Of a stretch of DNA of 64,000 nucleotides, positions 30,045-49,569 are shown in pieces. Position 1 is the stretch's first letter, and each line of letters opens with the position of its first letter. The DNA comes from the human T2T-CHM13v2.0 reference genome, Homo sapiens. The stretch lies in assembly GCF_009914755.1 (NCBI RefSeq), contig NC_060941.1; one strand, written 5' to 3'. Position numbers and translations under genes: made by a program. Below the pieces are notes generated by a model. That model had not been told where the DNA came from. It made no database searches and saw only the letters and a program-made list of their open reading frames with translations.

Positions 30045-30382
30045 TCAAAAAAAAATATAAATAAACAAATAATAAATAAACACAAGTAAACAATGCTCTG
30101 TTTTTATTTGACTTTATCAGTTCCTTCCTCCTGCTTTCTTTAGGGATACTGGCTTTTGTACACTTAGCCTACTTACAGATGCTCATCATATCCTGCTTGG
30201 ACAAATGCCACAATCTCTGACATGCTGTAATCTAATCTTCCTTCTAATCATCTGCTATGATGTCACCAAGTTATCATTCTAAAATAGAAATCTGATCATG
30301 TCATTCCCATGCAGTACACAGGAAGAAGTCTTAAGTTCTTAATATAGCAAGGCGGGCCCTTCATTTGTCGTTCATTCGTTCA

Positions 30383-30694
<312 letters not shown>

Positions 30695-30862
30695 TTAATT
30701 AAAAATAAATATTTACTAAGTGCTGATTATGTAGAAGGCACTATGCCAGCTGGCTATGTGTGGAGATATGGTGATAAACTAGATAGACAAGGCCTGTACC
30801 CTCGTGGAGTTTACATTCTACTTGGGGGAAAACAAAGAGATACGCAACCAATCAAGCAGTAA

Positions 30863-31099
<237 letters not shown>

Positions 31100-31177
31100 T
31101 AGTCAGGATGGTCTCGATCTCCTGACCTCGTGATCCGCCCGCCTCGGCCTCCCAAAGTGCTGGGATTACAGGCGTGA

Positions 31178-31399
<222 letters not shown>

Positions 31400-32878
31400 T
31401 AATTTTTGTATTTTTAATAGACATAGGGTTTCACCATGTTGGCCGGGTTGGCCGCCTCGGCCTCCCAAAGTGCTGGGATTACAGGCACGAGCCACTGGCA
31501 CCCAGCCCAATACGAAATTGTTGAGAAAGAAATAACCCAGGTGTTGTGACTGAGTCAGGAGCAGAGGCGGATGTCACAGAAGGTCTTTCTGAGGTGGTAA
31601 CATTTATTCTGCCTAAAACATGAAACAGAAATGGCCATGAGAAGAGTTCTAGGCAAAGGAAACATCGGTTGCAAAGGTCCACAAGTGGGAAAAAACCTGG
31701 TGTTTCCTAAGAACTACAGATGGCCAGGATGGCTGGAGATGACGAGGCTGCTGGAGAGTTGAGCCCTGGCTGCTTCTTCCGTGGAAAACCACAGGCCCAC
31801 AAGCAGCCGCCCTAAATTCCAGCTGTAAATTGCTCCCCATTATTTCCTCAATACTCTATGCTTTCTCATCTTTCACCTATTCCCTCCTGCCTTGTGACTG
31901 GGTTTCTAAATAACGCCTTCTCTGAAATGTTCTGGTTCCCCTCCGGCCCTACTCCAGACAGCTAAATGGCTTCTTCCTCCTCTGTGCCTCCACAGAAGTC
32001 TGTATGTGCCTCTGATTGGTCTGTCTCAGTCAGCAATCAGTTAGCTTTTTACACAGCTAATATTTATTGAGTGCTTTCAATGTCCAGTATCTGTTCTAAG
32101 TACTTTAGCCGTATTAATGCAACCATATGAGGCAGGTCCATTTAATCCTCAAAAACTTGGCCAAGTGGCTCACACCTGTAATCCTAGCACTTTGGGAGGT
32201 TGAGGCAGGCAGATCACCCGAGGTCAGGAGTTTGAGACCAGCCTGGCCAATATGGTGAAACCCTGTCTCTACTAAAAATACAAAAATCAGCCAGGTGTGG
32301 TGGTGCATGCCTGTAATCCCAGCCACTCAGGAGGCTGAGACAGGAGAATCACTTGAACCCGTGAGGCGGAGGCTGCAGTGAGCTGAGATTGTGCCACTGC
32401 CCTCCAGCCTGGGCAAGTCAGAATGAGACTGTATCTCAAAAATAAAAATAAATAAATAAATAAATAAATAAACTCTCGACATGAATTAACTCATTGAATT
32501 CTCCAACACCTCCTTAAGGTGGATACTCTTAGTCCTCACAGTGACCCCCTTATGGGCACTAAGACCATGGTTCTCTTGGGCGGAGTCCATATCCTGTCTC
32601 AGTCAGCAATCCAAATGCCTCTCACACCCAGAACTTGCTCAACAAATGTCTGCTGACTGGATGAATGACCTAATATCTTTCTCTTGGCTCAGGATTCAAA
32701 CTTCAAGAGCATACAGTGCCCAGGAATAGCTGGCTGGAGGAATTTACGATAATGGTTGTAAAAGCGTTGTAGTATATACACATCAATGAGAACATAACAT
32801 AAAGGCTGATTTAATATGTATAATCACTGCATTTCAAATGTGAGATAAACAAATTTCTCTATGTATCAGAGATTGTTT

Positions 32879-32978
32879 TATATATATATGCATGTATATA
32901 TATATACACGTGTATATACACGTATATATATATACACGTGTATATACACGTATATATATACACGTGTATATATATATG
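32879..32978. repeat. Alternating purine-pyrimidine (TA)n/TACACG simple repeat
   Basis: tatatatacacgtgtatatacacgtatatatatatacacgtg... read directly from the sequence. Confidence 0.9.
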
Positions 32979-34800
32979 GTCCCATAAGTGTAATCTATGT
33001 TTAAATGCAACACAGCTGGCCATAAATCTAATGCGTCTCGCTCTGTCACCCAGGTCGGAGCGCAGTGGCATAATCTTGGCTCACTGAAACCTCCACCTTC
33101 CGGGTTCAAGAGATTCTCCTGCCTCAGCCTCACAAGTAGCTGGGATTACAGGCACCCGCCACCACACCCGGCTAATTTTTTGTACTTTTAGTAAAGACTA
33201 GGTTTCACCATGCTGGCCAGGTTGGTCTCAACTCCTGGCATCAAGTGATCTGCCCACCTTGGCCTCCCAAAGTGCTGGGATTACAGGTGTGAACCACCAT
33301 GCCTGATCTAATCTATGTTTAAATGTCCTATTTTGGCTGACTGCAACCTCCACCTCCTGGGCTCAAGCAGTCCTCCCACCTCAGCATCCCAGGTAGCTAG
33401 GACTACAGGTGCATGCCACCACACCCAGCTAACTGTTTTGTATTTTTGTAGAGATGGGGTTTCGCCATGTTGCCCAGACTAGTCTCAAACTCCTGAGCTC
33501 AAGGAATTCACCTGCCTCAGCCTCCCAAAATGCTGGGATTACAAGTGTGAGCCACCATGCCCAGCCGTAACATAACTTTCTGACAGCTTGGGAAATTGCT
33601 ACAGCAAGCCTCAGTTTCTTGGTTTGTTGACTAGGCTTGAGAATTCCCTAGAAAAGTATAGGAAAAAATAAAATCTCAGTATCCCAAAGGGCAGCTCTGA
33701 AAAGAGCAATGGAAACTAGGCAAAAAGGCAAAGATTTAAGACTCACCTTAATTTGACAAGGTAGGATGACATCTAGTCCACATTTTTTTCTTTACAGATA
33801 AGGAAACCAAAGGTTAAAAATGAGTAAATCAGGCTGGGCACGGTGGCTCACGCCTGTAATCCTAGAATTTTGGGAGGCCAGGGCGGGCAAATCACAAGGT
33901 CAGGAGTTTGAGATTAGCCTGACCAATATGGTGAAACCCCGTCTCCACTAAAAATACAAAAAAAAAAAAAAAAATTAGCCAGGCATGGTGGCGGGTGCCT
34001 GCAGTCGAGCTACTCAGGAGGCTGAGGCAGGAGAATCGCTTGAATCCCGTAGGCAGAGGTTTCAGTGAGCTGAGATCACACCACTTCAGTCCAGCCTGGG
34101 CGACAGAGCGAGACTCCGTCTCAAAAAAAAAAAAAAAAAGAAGGAAATTCTGTCACATGCTAAAACACGGATGAACCTTGAGGACATTATGCTAAATGAA
34201 ATAAGCCAGTCCAGGCATGGTGGCTCATATCTGCAATCCCAGCACTTTGGGAGGCCGAGGTTGGAAATCGCTTGAACTCAGGAGTTTGAGACCAGCCTGG
34301 GCAACATGGTGAAACCTCATCTCTACAAAAAATACAAAAAAATTAGCCTGGTATGGTGATGTGTGCCTATAGCCCCAGCTACCTGTGGGGCTGAGGCAGG
34401 AGGATCACTTGAGCCTGGGAGGTCGAGGCTGTCACTACAGCCTCGTTCGCACCACCGCACTCCAGCCTAGGTAACAAAGCAAGGCCCTGTCTCAAAAATA
34501 AATAATTAAATAAATAAGCCAGTAACAAAAAGACAAATATTGTACAATTCCACTTACATGAGGCATTAAAGTGGTGAAACTCAGAGAGACAAAAAGTAGA
34601 ATGGTGGATGCCAGGGTTGGGAGGAGGGGGAAAAGGGAGTTATTGTTCAGTATGGACAGAGCTTCAGTTTTACAAGATGAAAAAGTGCCAGAGATCTGTT
34701 GCACATGACTGGGCGCGGTGGTTCACGCCTGTAATCCCAGCACTTTGGGAGGCCGAGGCAGGTGGATCACGAGGTCAGGAGATCGAGACCATCCTGGCTA

Positions 34801-35266
<466 letters not shown>

Positions 35267-35434
35267 TGATCCACCTCCTGTCCTCAGGTGATCTGGCCTC
35301 CCAAAGTGCTGAGATTACAGGCTGAGCCACTGTGCCCGGCCAAAAATAAAGGTTTTTAAGTGCTTAAGCAAATCAGGGATTATATGGTATTTGCTATATT
35401 ACCTCCATCTTTCATGTATTTATGTAATATTTCA

Positions 35435-35958
<524 letters not shown>

Positions 35959-37621
35959 TAATGGATAGATTTCTGTACTTTTGAGGCCTAACATGAAAAC
36001 AGTACAGATTTTGCTCTGTGTTCCTTTGGGCATTCAATATCAAAGTTTCTAACTTGCTTGTAATAAATTAGGAGTTCATTATGTAATTGTATTGAAATAA
36101 ATAGCCAAATGTGAAATATAAAGGAATTGACAAATCAGAGACTAATTCCACACTTTAAATATCACCAAATAATGTCAAGAAAACAACTGTGAACTTTTAA
36201 TTGGAACTATAGTTTTCTCACAGATTTTTATTAAAAGGCATCTAGCCAAGTAAAATCACTTAGAATCTCAGAATCAATCCCCCTTTGTTTCTTTTGAAGG
36301 AACTGCCAAGGCAAATAGCATTTGCCTATGGAGATGAAATACAGTACTCTACTGTGTTTTTGCTTTGTGTTTTAAGGCTGTCACAAAGTTTCTTTTCTCC
36401 AGTTGAACAAAAGAGAAGATTGCATTTTAGTCACTGAACAAACATTTATTGAGCACAGTGCCAAGTATTGTGCCAGATTACCAAATTCCTAATCTTAGGT
36501 TACCAAATGACCTACTTCGGGAAAACATTGAACCAGGAGCCTGTATAACTAACTTACAGTTCTGGCAACTGCTAGAACTTCCCAGTGAAGTCATTATACC
36601 AGTCATGAGATCTGCCTTCTAGCTCAATCTGCGATCAACATGTATGATTCAGGAGGAGCTGCTGGTTGGTGAAACAAATTCAGAATCACTGTTAGGCTAA
36701 CAAAAACGAAAATCCATACTTTATATAATAAAATAAACGTTTTATAAACTACCTCCCAAGTCGTTCAAAATCACTTCCAAAATTATCTTAAACTGTTTAT
36801 TTCTATCTCCTGCTTATTCACATCAGTAGACAGTAGATCCCGGTTTTAGTTAATTTAACTGAAAGCTGTCTAGGTGTTAACTCATATACCAGCTCATTTG
36901 TCGACATAGCTTCTCAACGTTATGCTCAGGTATGTTGAAATTTAGTAATTAGCGACCTTTCTAAGAGATGTTTACTTAATTGTATTAATACACACATTTC
37001 TAGACTACTTCTTACATTATGAAGGTTGGTATCACGTGAAAAACAGCCAATTTCATGTTTACTTCCACCCCACCCCCGTGACTGTGCCAGGCACCAGGAT
37101 CCAAACACATCTGCCTTACTCACCTTCCTTGGGTTATCTCCTTGCAGGACGAGTGGCCACACCCAGGGTGTAGGGAAACCCGTTGCTTGGTCCTAGCTGG
37201 TTAACCTCACCCTTGCACAACAAGCACGTCAATGGGAGCAGGATCAGCTACTTTCTTGTAGGTGAATTCCCGTTTTTGAAGTGGGGTTTCGGCTCCCTAA
37301 TCTGCACTTTTTTTTTTCCTACCAGTTTGGAGAAACAGCTGGGAAGAACTGGATTTGCAGGTATTGCTGGAGCCAGAGCGAAGCCCGGCCACTGTCACCA
37401 TGGGCTCCAGCCTCGCCTCTCTGGGCCTGGTGGTGAGCGGCTTCAGCAACAGGTTTCCGGTCCCCGCAGAGGGTCCCACTCTGAACTCCCGATTTACAGA
37501 CTGTTCTCGGGCCGTGATGAGGATTAAGACAATGCAACTAAGAGCACTCTGACTACAGAAGCATGATTTAAAGCTCCACAACCCTGCAATAACCACGAAG
37601 AAAAATAAAAAGCGGCTAGTC

Positions 37622-38990
<1,369 letters not shown>

Positions 38991-39112
38991 TTAGCAACCT
39001 CGGCGCTAAGCCACCCCAGGTGGAGCCCAGCAACAACAGAGCCACCGCGTCCCCCACCAATCAGCGCCGACCTCGCCTTCGCAGGCCTAACCAATCAGTG
39101 CCGGCGCTGCAA

Positions 39113-39132
39113 GGAAGTTTCCAGAGCTTTCG
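39113..39132. promoter_or_regulatory. Heat-shock element
   Basis: gGAAg-tTTCc-aGAGc-tTTCg: four alternating nGAAn pentamers with one mismatch. UBB is an established HSF1-inducible gene. Confidence 0.75.
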
Positions 39133-39404
39133 AGGAAGGTTTCTTCAACTCAAATTCATCCGCCTGATAATTTTCTTATATTTTCCTAAAGAAGGAAGAG
39201 AAGCGCATAGAGGAGAAGGGAAATAATTTTTTAGGAGCCTTTCTTACGGCTATGAGGAATTTGGGGCTCAGTTGAAAAGCCTAAACTGCCTCTCGGGAGG
39301 TTGGGCGCGGCGAACTACTTTCAGCGGCGCACGGAGACGGCGTCTACGTGAGGGGTGATAAGTGACGCAACACTCGTTGCATAAATTTGCGCTCCGCCAG
39401 CCCG

Positions 39405-39502
39405 GAGCATTTAGGGGCGGTTGGCTTTGTTGGGTGAGCTTGTTTGTGTCCCTGTGGGTGGACGTGGTTGGTGATTGGCAGGATCCTGGTATCCGCTAAC
39501 AG
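39405..39502 (+). other. UBB: UBB non-coding exon 1 (start approximate)
   Basis: Begins about 25 nt after the TATA-like box. Donor taacag|gtactg at 39502/39503. Intron 39503-40219 (717 nt) ends ttttaaactag. Confidence 0.8.
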
Positions 39503-40219
39503 GTACTGGCCCGCAGCCGTAACGACCTTGGGGGGGTGTGAGAGGGGGGAATGGGTGAGGTCAAGGTGGAGGCTTCTTGGGGTTGGGTGGGCCGCTGAGG
39601 GGAGGGCGTGGGGGAGGGGAGGGCGAGGTGACGCGGCGCTGGGCCTTTCCGGGACAGTGGGCCTTGTTGACCTGAGGGGGGCGAGGGCGGTTGGCGCGCG
39701 CGCGCGTTGACGGAAACTAACGGACGCCTAACCGATCGGCGATTCTGTCGAGTTTACTTCGCGGGGAAGGCGGAAAAGAGGTAGTTTGTGTGGTTTCTGG
39801 AAGCCTTTACTTTGGAATCCCAGTGTGAGAAAGGTGCCCCTTCTTGTGTTTCAATGGGATTTTTATTTCGCGAGTCTTGTGGGTTTGGTTTTGTTTTCAG
39901 TTTGCCTAACACCGTGCTTAGGTTTGAGGCAGATTGGAGTTCGGTCGGGGGAGTTTGAATATCCGGAACAGTTAGTGGGGAAAGCTGTGGACGCTTGGTA
40001 AGAGAGCGCTCTGGATTTTCCGCTGTTGACGTTGAAACCTTGAATGACGAATTTCGTATTAAGTGACTTAGCCTTGTAAAATTGAGGGGAGGCTTGCGGA
40101 ATATTAACGTATTTAAGGCATTTTGAAGGAATAGTTGCTAATTTTGAAGAATATTAGGTGTAAAAGCAAGAAATACAATGATCCTGAGGTGACACGCTTA
40201 TGTTTTACTTTTAAACTAG

Positions 40220-40915
<696 letters not shown>

Positions 40916-41035
40916 TTCTTCAGTCATGGCATTCGCAGTGCCCAGTGATGGCATTACTCTGCACTATAGCCATTTGCCCCAACTTAAGTTTAGAAATTAC
41001 AAGTTTCAGTAATAGCTGAACCTGTTCAAAATGTT

Positions 41036-41041
41036 AATAAA
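41036..41041 (+). terminator. UBB: UBB poly(A) signal AATAAA
   Basis: 120 nt after the stop, followed by a GT-rich downstream element (ttggtgttttgt). Confidence 0.9.
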
Positions 41042-41373
41042 GGTTTCGTTGCATGGTAGCATACTTGGTGTTTTGTCATGAAATTCTCTAGTGATGTGTG
41101 GGTACGCTTAAAACTGGTGAAAATGTTTAGGGATTTAATTTTGAGATTGGTAATGTGCTCAAAGTTAAGTCACTTGACTTTGGTATACACTTGGGTGGGC
41201 TGAGGGGCAAGAGCCTTCTTTGCTGTTTAAGTCATTACAAGTTAGGATCCTGGGTAAATGGCAAACTTTCTGAAGCTCGAATTTAAAGTCTGTTGGGAGG
41301 CCGAGGCAGGCGGATCACGAGGTCAAGATATGGAGACCACCCTGGCCAACATGGTGAAACCTTGTCTCTACTA

Positions 41374-41652
<279 letters not shown>

Positions 41653-41987
41653 TTACATTGAAGGAAAGCAAATGTGCCTGTTGAGACCTAATCAAGGATT
41701 GCTGGAGAAACAAAGTTTTGATTGAGGCTGCTTGAATAGTGGTAACGTAACTGCTTTCAGTTCTGCAATTAATTGGGTGACTATGAGCTGTGTGTTTATT
41801 GCTCTGTAGTGTATTACACCAAAGTGTTTAACCTGGGTGGTAGTATGGGACCATAATCTTGTCTCTTTGCTGTATATGCTTTAACTGATGAGCCAAGCAG
41901 CAGCTAATCACCGAGTATGGAAGACGACTGGCTGAGGAGAAAGATGGCTTGCAGGTACTTAATGTTGAAAACGGTATTCTGATCTAA

Positions 41988-42416
<429 letters not shown>

Positions 42417-42879
42417 TAAGACTGGCAACATAAGCAGTTCTTAGGCTTCTATGCCAATGGACACTAGGCAGTAATACATGTGCAGTGCTAATAGAAAATA
42501 TTGGAGTAAGGGTGTACTAAGGAAGTTCTCAATCTTTCCCCTTCACTATCTTCTGTAATGTAACTTCAATAAATGTGATTCTCATCTTGGCACAAAATTG
42601 GGAATGGTGTGGGGAGCGCTGTTTTTCCCAGGTTTATAGTAGAGAAATAATGTTTTCTGGTACTAAAACTGGCATGGTAAGTGCATACTTAGAGTAAGGA
42701 CTTTAAATCACGGGCCAGTTAATCTCTAGTTAGTGGTTTGGTACGCAAGAAGTACCCATGGGTGTATTACACAAATGCAGGAATACCATATCTAGAAATA
42801 CACCTTTGATATTCATAGTGTACCTGAGAATGGTTTCACGCATAATTTTAGGTAAACTGCCTTAGTCACTCTGGTTTTA

Positions 42880-43268
42880 CGGATCTTTGCCCACAGTTCC
42901 TCGTTCATAACTTCTATAGCCCTTGTTATAGTCATGTTGTGTGTGTTAGGCCACAGGAAACTCACTTCACTTCTGCCCTTTTACCTTCACTAAGACGGGA
43001 CTCTTGATCTTCCCCTACCTTTCTGTGAGTCCTAAGACCCCCATTTCAGAGAGGGTTCTGTCCTATACTCTGCGGAAAGGAATGCTGTCATCTTGAAGCC
43101 TCCCTACAAAACCAAGAGGACTGAGTTTGGATATGTGAACGTATGGAGGTTCCTGGAGGATGGCACACCCAGGCAAGGCATTAAAGCTTTGCACCCTTTC
43201 CCCCATACCTTGTCCTATGCATCTCTTCAACTGAGTCCTTTGTAATATCTTTATAATAAAGCAAATGT
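42880..43268 (+). mobile_element. LTR fragment, MER21-like
   Basis: ggaggttcctggaggatggcacaccc...cccccataccttgtcctatgcatctcttc...tttataataaa resembles recalled MER21 sequence. Ends not resolved. Confidence 0.55.
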
Positions 43269-43528
43269 GGCCAGGCGTGGTGGCTGATACCTATAATCCC
43301 AGCACTTTGGGAGGTGGAGGTGGGAGGATCACTTGAGGCTAGAGCTTGGGGCCAGACTGGGCAATGGGCTCTTGACAAAACAAAACAAAAAAGTTTAAAT
43401 GGGCTTGGTGACATATACCTGTAGTCCTAGCTACTTGGGAAGCTTAGGTGGAAGAATTGCTTTTGAGTCCAGGAGTTCCAGGCCAGCCTAACACAGCAAG
43501 ATCTTGTCACTAAAAATCTAGCTTTTCA

Positions 43529-43756
<228 letters not shown>

Positions 43757-44177
43757 TTAATGAGAGTATATGTTTTCATTTATTTATTCATTCAACAAAT
43801 ATTAGGTGTTTGCCGTTTTTTTTAAAAAAAAATTTAATTTTTTAGAGACAGGGTCTCACTCTGTGGCCCTGCCTGGAGTACAGTGACACAATCATAGCTT
43901 ACTACAGCCTTAAACTCCCGGGCTGAAGCGATCCACCCGAGGAGCTAGGACTACAGGCACCTGCCACTATGCCAGGCTAATTAAAAAACTTTTTTCTTCT
44001 TCTTCTTTTTTTTTTTTTTTTTTTTTTTTTGAGATGGAGTCTCGCTCTGTCCTACAGGCTGGAGTGCAGTGGCGCGATCTCGGCTCACTGCAACTCCGCC
44101 TCCCAGTTTCAAGCAATTCCCTGGCTCAGCCTTCGGAGTAGCTGGGACTGCAGGCGACTGCCATCACGCCTGTCTAA

Positions 44178-44490
<313 letters not shown>

Positions 44491-44649
44491 TAGTAGAGAG
44501 GGGGTTTCACCGTGTTAGCCAGGATGGTCTCGATTTCCTGACTTCGTGATCCGCCTGCCTCAGCCTTTCAAAGTACTGGGATTACAGGCGTGAGCCACCG
44601 CGCCCGGCGGAGGCATTTTTTTTTTCTTTTAAAGAGATGGGGGTCTCAC

Positions 44650-45345
<696 letters not shown>

Positions 45346-45533
45346 GTGATCACGCCGCTGCACTCAAGCCTCTGGGTGATAGAGCGAGAAGACCCTGTCT
45401 CCAAAACACAAACACACAAACAAACAAAAAGGTAATGGGGGCCGGGCGCGGTGGCTCACGCCTGTAATCCCAGCACTTTGGGAGGCCGAGGCGGGCGGAT
45501 CACGAGGTCAGGAGATCGAGACCATCCTGCCTA

Positions 45534-46173
<640 letters not shown>

Positions 46174-47152
46174 CTATGCCAATGTAAACATGCATATGTG
46201 TATAGATATCTCCATATATAGTTACTCTCACCTTGTTCACAGCTGCATTCACACTAGATATACCATTTTCTCCTTCAAATAATGTTATTGCTAACTATGA
46301 ATGTAATACATGCTCAGTGTAGGAAATTTGGGAAATATAGAAAAAGAAAGCACTCATTATCCCTGCGATCCAAGTATATTCAGTTTGGCATGTTTCCTCT
46401 TTTCCCAGTTAATTTTTTACTTAAATAACAATGGATACAATACAAGTTGTAAGGACTCGACCAGCAGATACATAGAGAGTGAGTAAAAACACTGAAGTCC
46501 TTTTTCAGCGTCCCTTCCCAGCTGTCCTCTTCCCACGCATCTTTTTCTGTGCCACTTGCTAGAAGTTTGGTGTATTTACCACCAGATTGTTTTCAGTGTG
46601 TCACATATGTTTGTGTTATATAAAAACATACTTTAAAAATTATATATAAATGGAATTATACATTATATACCCATCTTTCTTGGAGACATTTCCATGCTAG
46701 CACATATAGATGTGCCTTATTCTTTTCAAACTGCTGCAAAATATTTCATGGAATAGATACACCGTATTTTACCCTTCTCCTTACTGATGGTATTTAGATT
46801 GTTTCTAATTTTTTACTATTAAAACAATACTGCAATTAATATCCTTGTAAATGTCTCTTGTAACAAATGTGCAAGTATTTCTTCAGGATATACTAGAAGT
46901 AGAATTGCTGTATCAAAGATTATGGCATTTAATAATTGGGGATTATTACGAAATTACCCTTCAAAAGACTGTACAACAATGGAATATTATTCAGCCTTAA
47001 AAGGAAGAAAATTCATTTAGCAGAGCAGAAACTGAAAAATGAAAAAGGAACTTCTGCCTGGGCGCGGTGGCTCATGCCTGTAATTCCAGCACTTTGGGAG
47101 GCCGAGGCAGGCGGATCACGAGGTCAACAGATGCAGACCATCCTGGCCATCA

Positions 47153-47332
<180 letters not shown>

Positions 47333-47335
47333 TCA

Positions 47336-47812
<477 letters not shown>

Positions 47813-48263
47813 TCATGCCATTGCACTTCAGCCTGAGCAACAAGATCAAACCTCTGTCTCAAAAAAAAAACAAACAAAAAAAACTTCTGACACATATTAC
47901 CACATGGATGAATCTTAAAGACATTACACTAAATGAAACAAGACAGGCACAAAAGGAAAAATACTGTGTGATTCCACTATATGAGGTAGCTAGAGTAGTC
48001 AGACTCATAAAGACGTAAAGTAGAATGGTGGCTGCCAGGAGCTGGGAAAGGAGGGAATGGGGAGTTAGTGTTTAATGGGGACACAGTTTCAGTTTTGCAA
48101 GATGAAAAGAGTTCTGGAGATGGATGGTGGTGATGGTCACACACAATGAATATTAAGTAATGCTACCAAACTGTACACTTAAAAATGGCTTCAATGGTAC
48201 ATTTTTTGTTATTTATAGTTGATCACAATTTTTTTTTTTTTTTGAGACAGAGTTTTGCTCTAG

Positions 48264-48359
<96 letters not shown>

Positions 48360-48943
48360 TAGGATTATAGGCATGCGCCACCAAGCCTGGCTAATTTTGT
48401 ATTTTTAGTAGAGATGGGGTTTCTCCATGTGGGCCAGGCTGGTCTTGAACTCCTGACCTCAGGTGATCCGCCCACCTCGGCCTCCCAAAGTGCTGGGATT
48501 ACAGGCGTGAGCCCCCGTGCCCGGCCTGATCACAATTTTTAAAAAGACTGTACCAATATCAATTCCCACCAATACTGCATAAGAGAGAGTATCTAGTCCT
48601 CCACCACTTCATTAATATTATACATTATGAATCATTTCAACTTTGGACACGTTGAGGGGCAAAAAGAACACTTTATTGTTTTAATTTGCATGTGCCCGAT
48701 TACTTCTGCCATTGGATACCTTTTGAATGTTTATTTAACATTAATTTGTCTTGCGAATTATCTGTTCATTTCCTTTGCCCAATTTTAGTATGAATTTGTA
48801 TGACTTCTTTATATGTTCTAACAACTAATAATTTATCTAATTGTGGTAAATATTGTCTTTCAGACTTACTTCACTTTTTTTTTTTTTTTTTTTTTTGAGA
48901 CAGTGTCTCACTCTGTTGTCCAGGCTGGAGTGCAGTGGTGTGA

Positions 48944-49192
<249 letters not shown>

Positions 49193-49569
49193 TAAAAACA
49201 GAAGTTTTTAATTAAAAAAAAATGCTCCCATCTCTCCAAAGATAAAAAATTAGCTGGGCGTGGTAGCACACACCTGTGGTCCCAGCTATTCGGGAGACTG
49301 AGGTGGGAGGATCACTTGAGCCCAGGGGGCCGAGGCTGCAGTGAGCTGTGATCTCCCCACTGCTCTCCAGCCTGGGAGACAGAGCAAGACCCTGTCTCAA
49401 TCATCATCATCATCATCTGACAATCTTTTTCTTTATGGCTTCTGGGCCAAAGGAATAAATGAAGGTATAAGGCTTGTTGATAACTATTAATAACACACAT
49501 TAAAAAAAAAACTATGCATAACACACATTCGAAATCTACAGCGCGTTGCCTGAAGTTAGCATGTTGGGT

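Noticed and set aside
42568-42573. AATAAA 1.5 kb past the UBB poly(A) site
   Set aside because: A hexamer alone in AT-rich sequence is insufficient evidence for an alternative 3' end.
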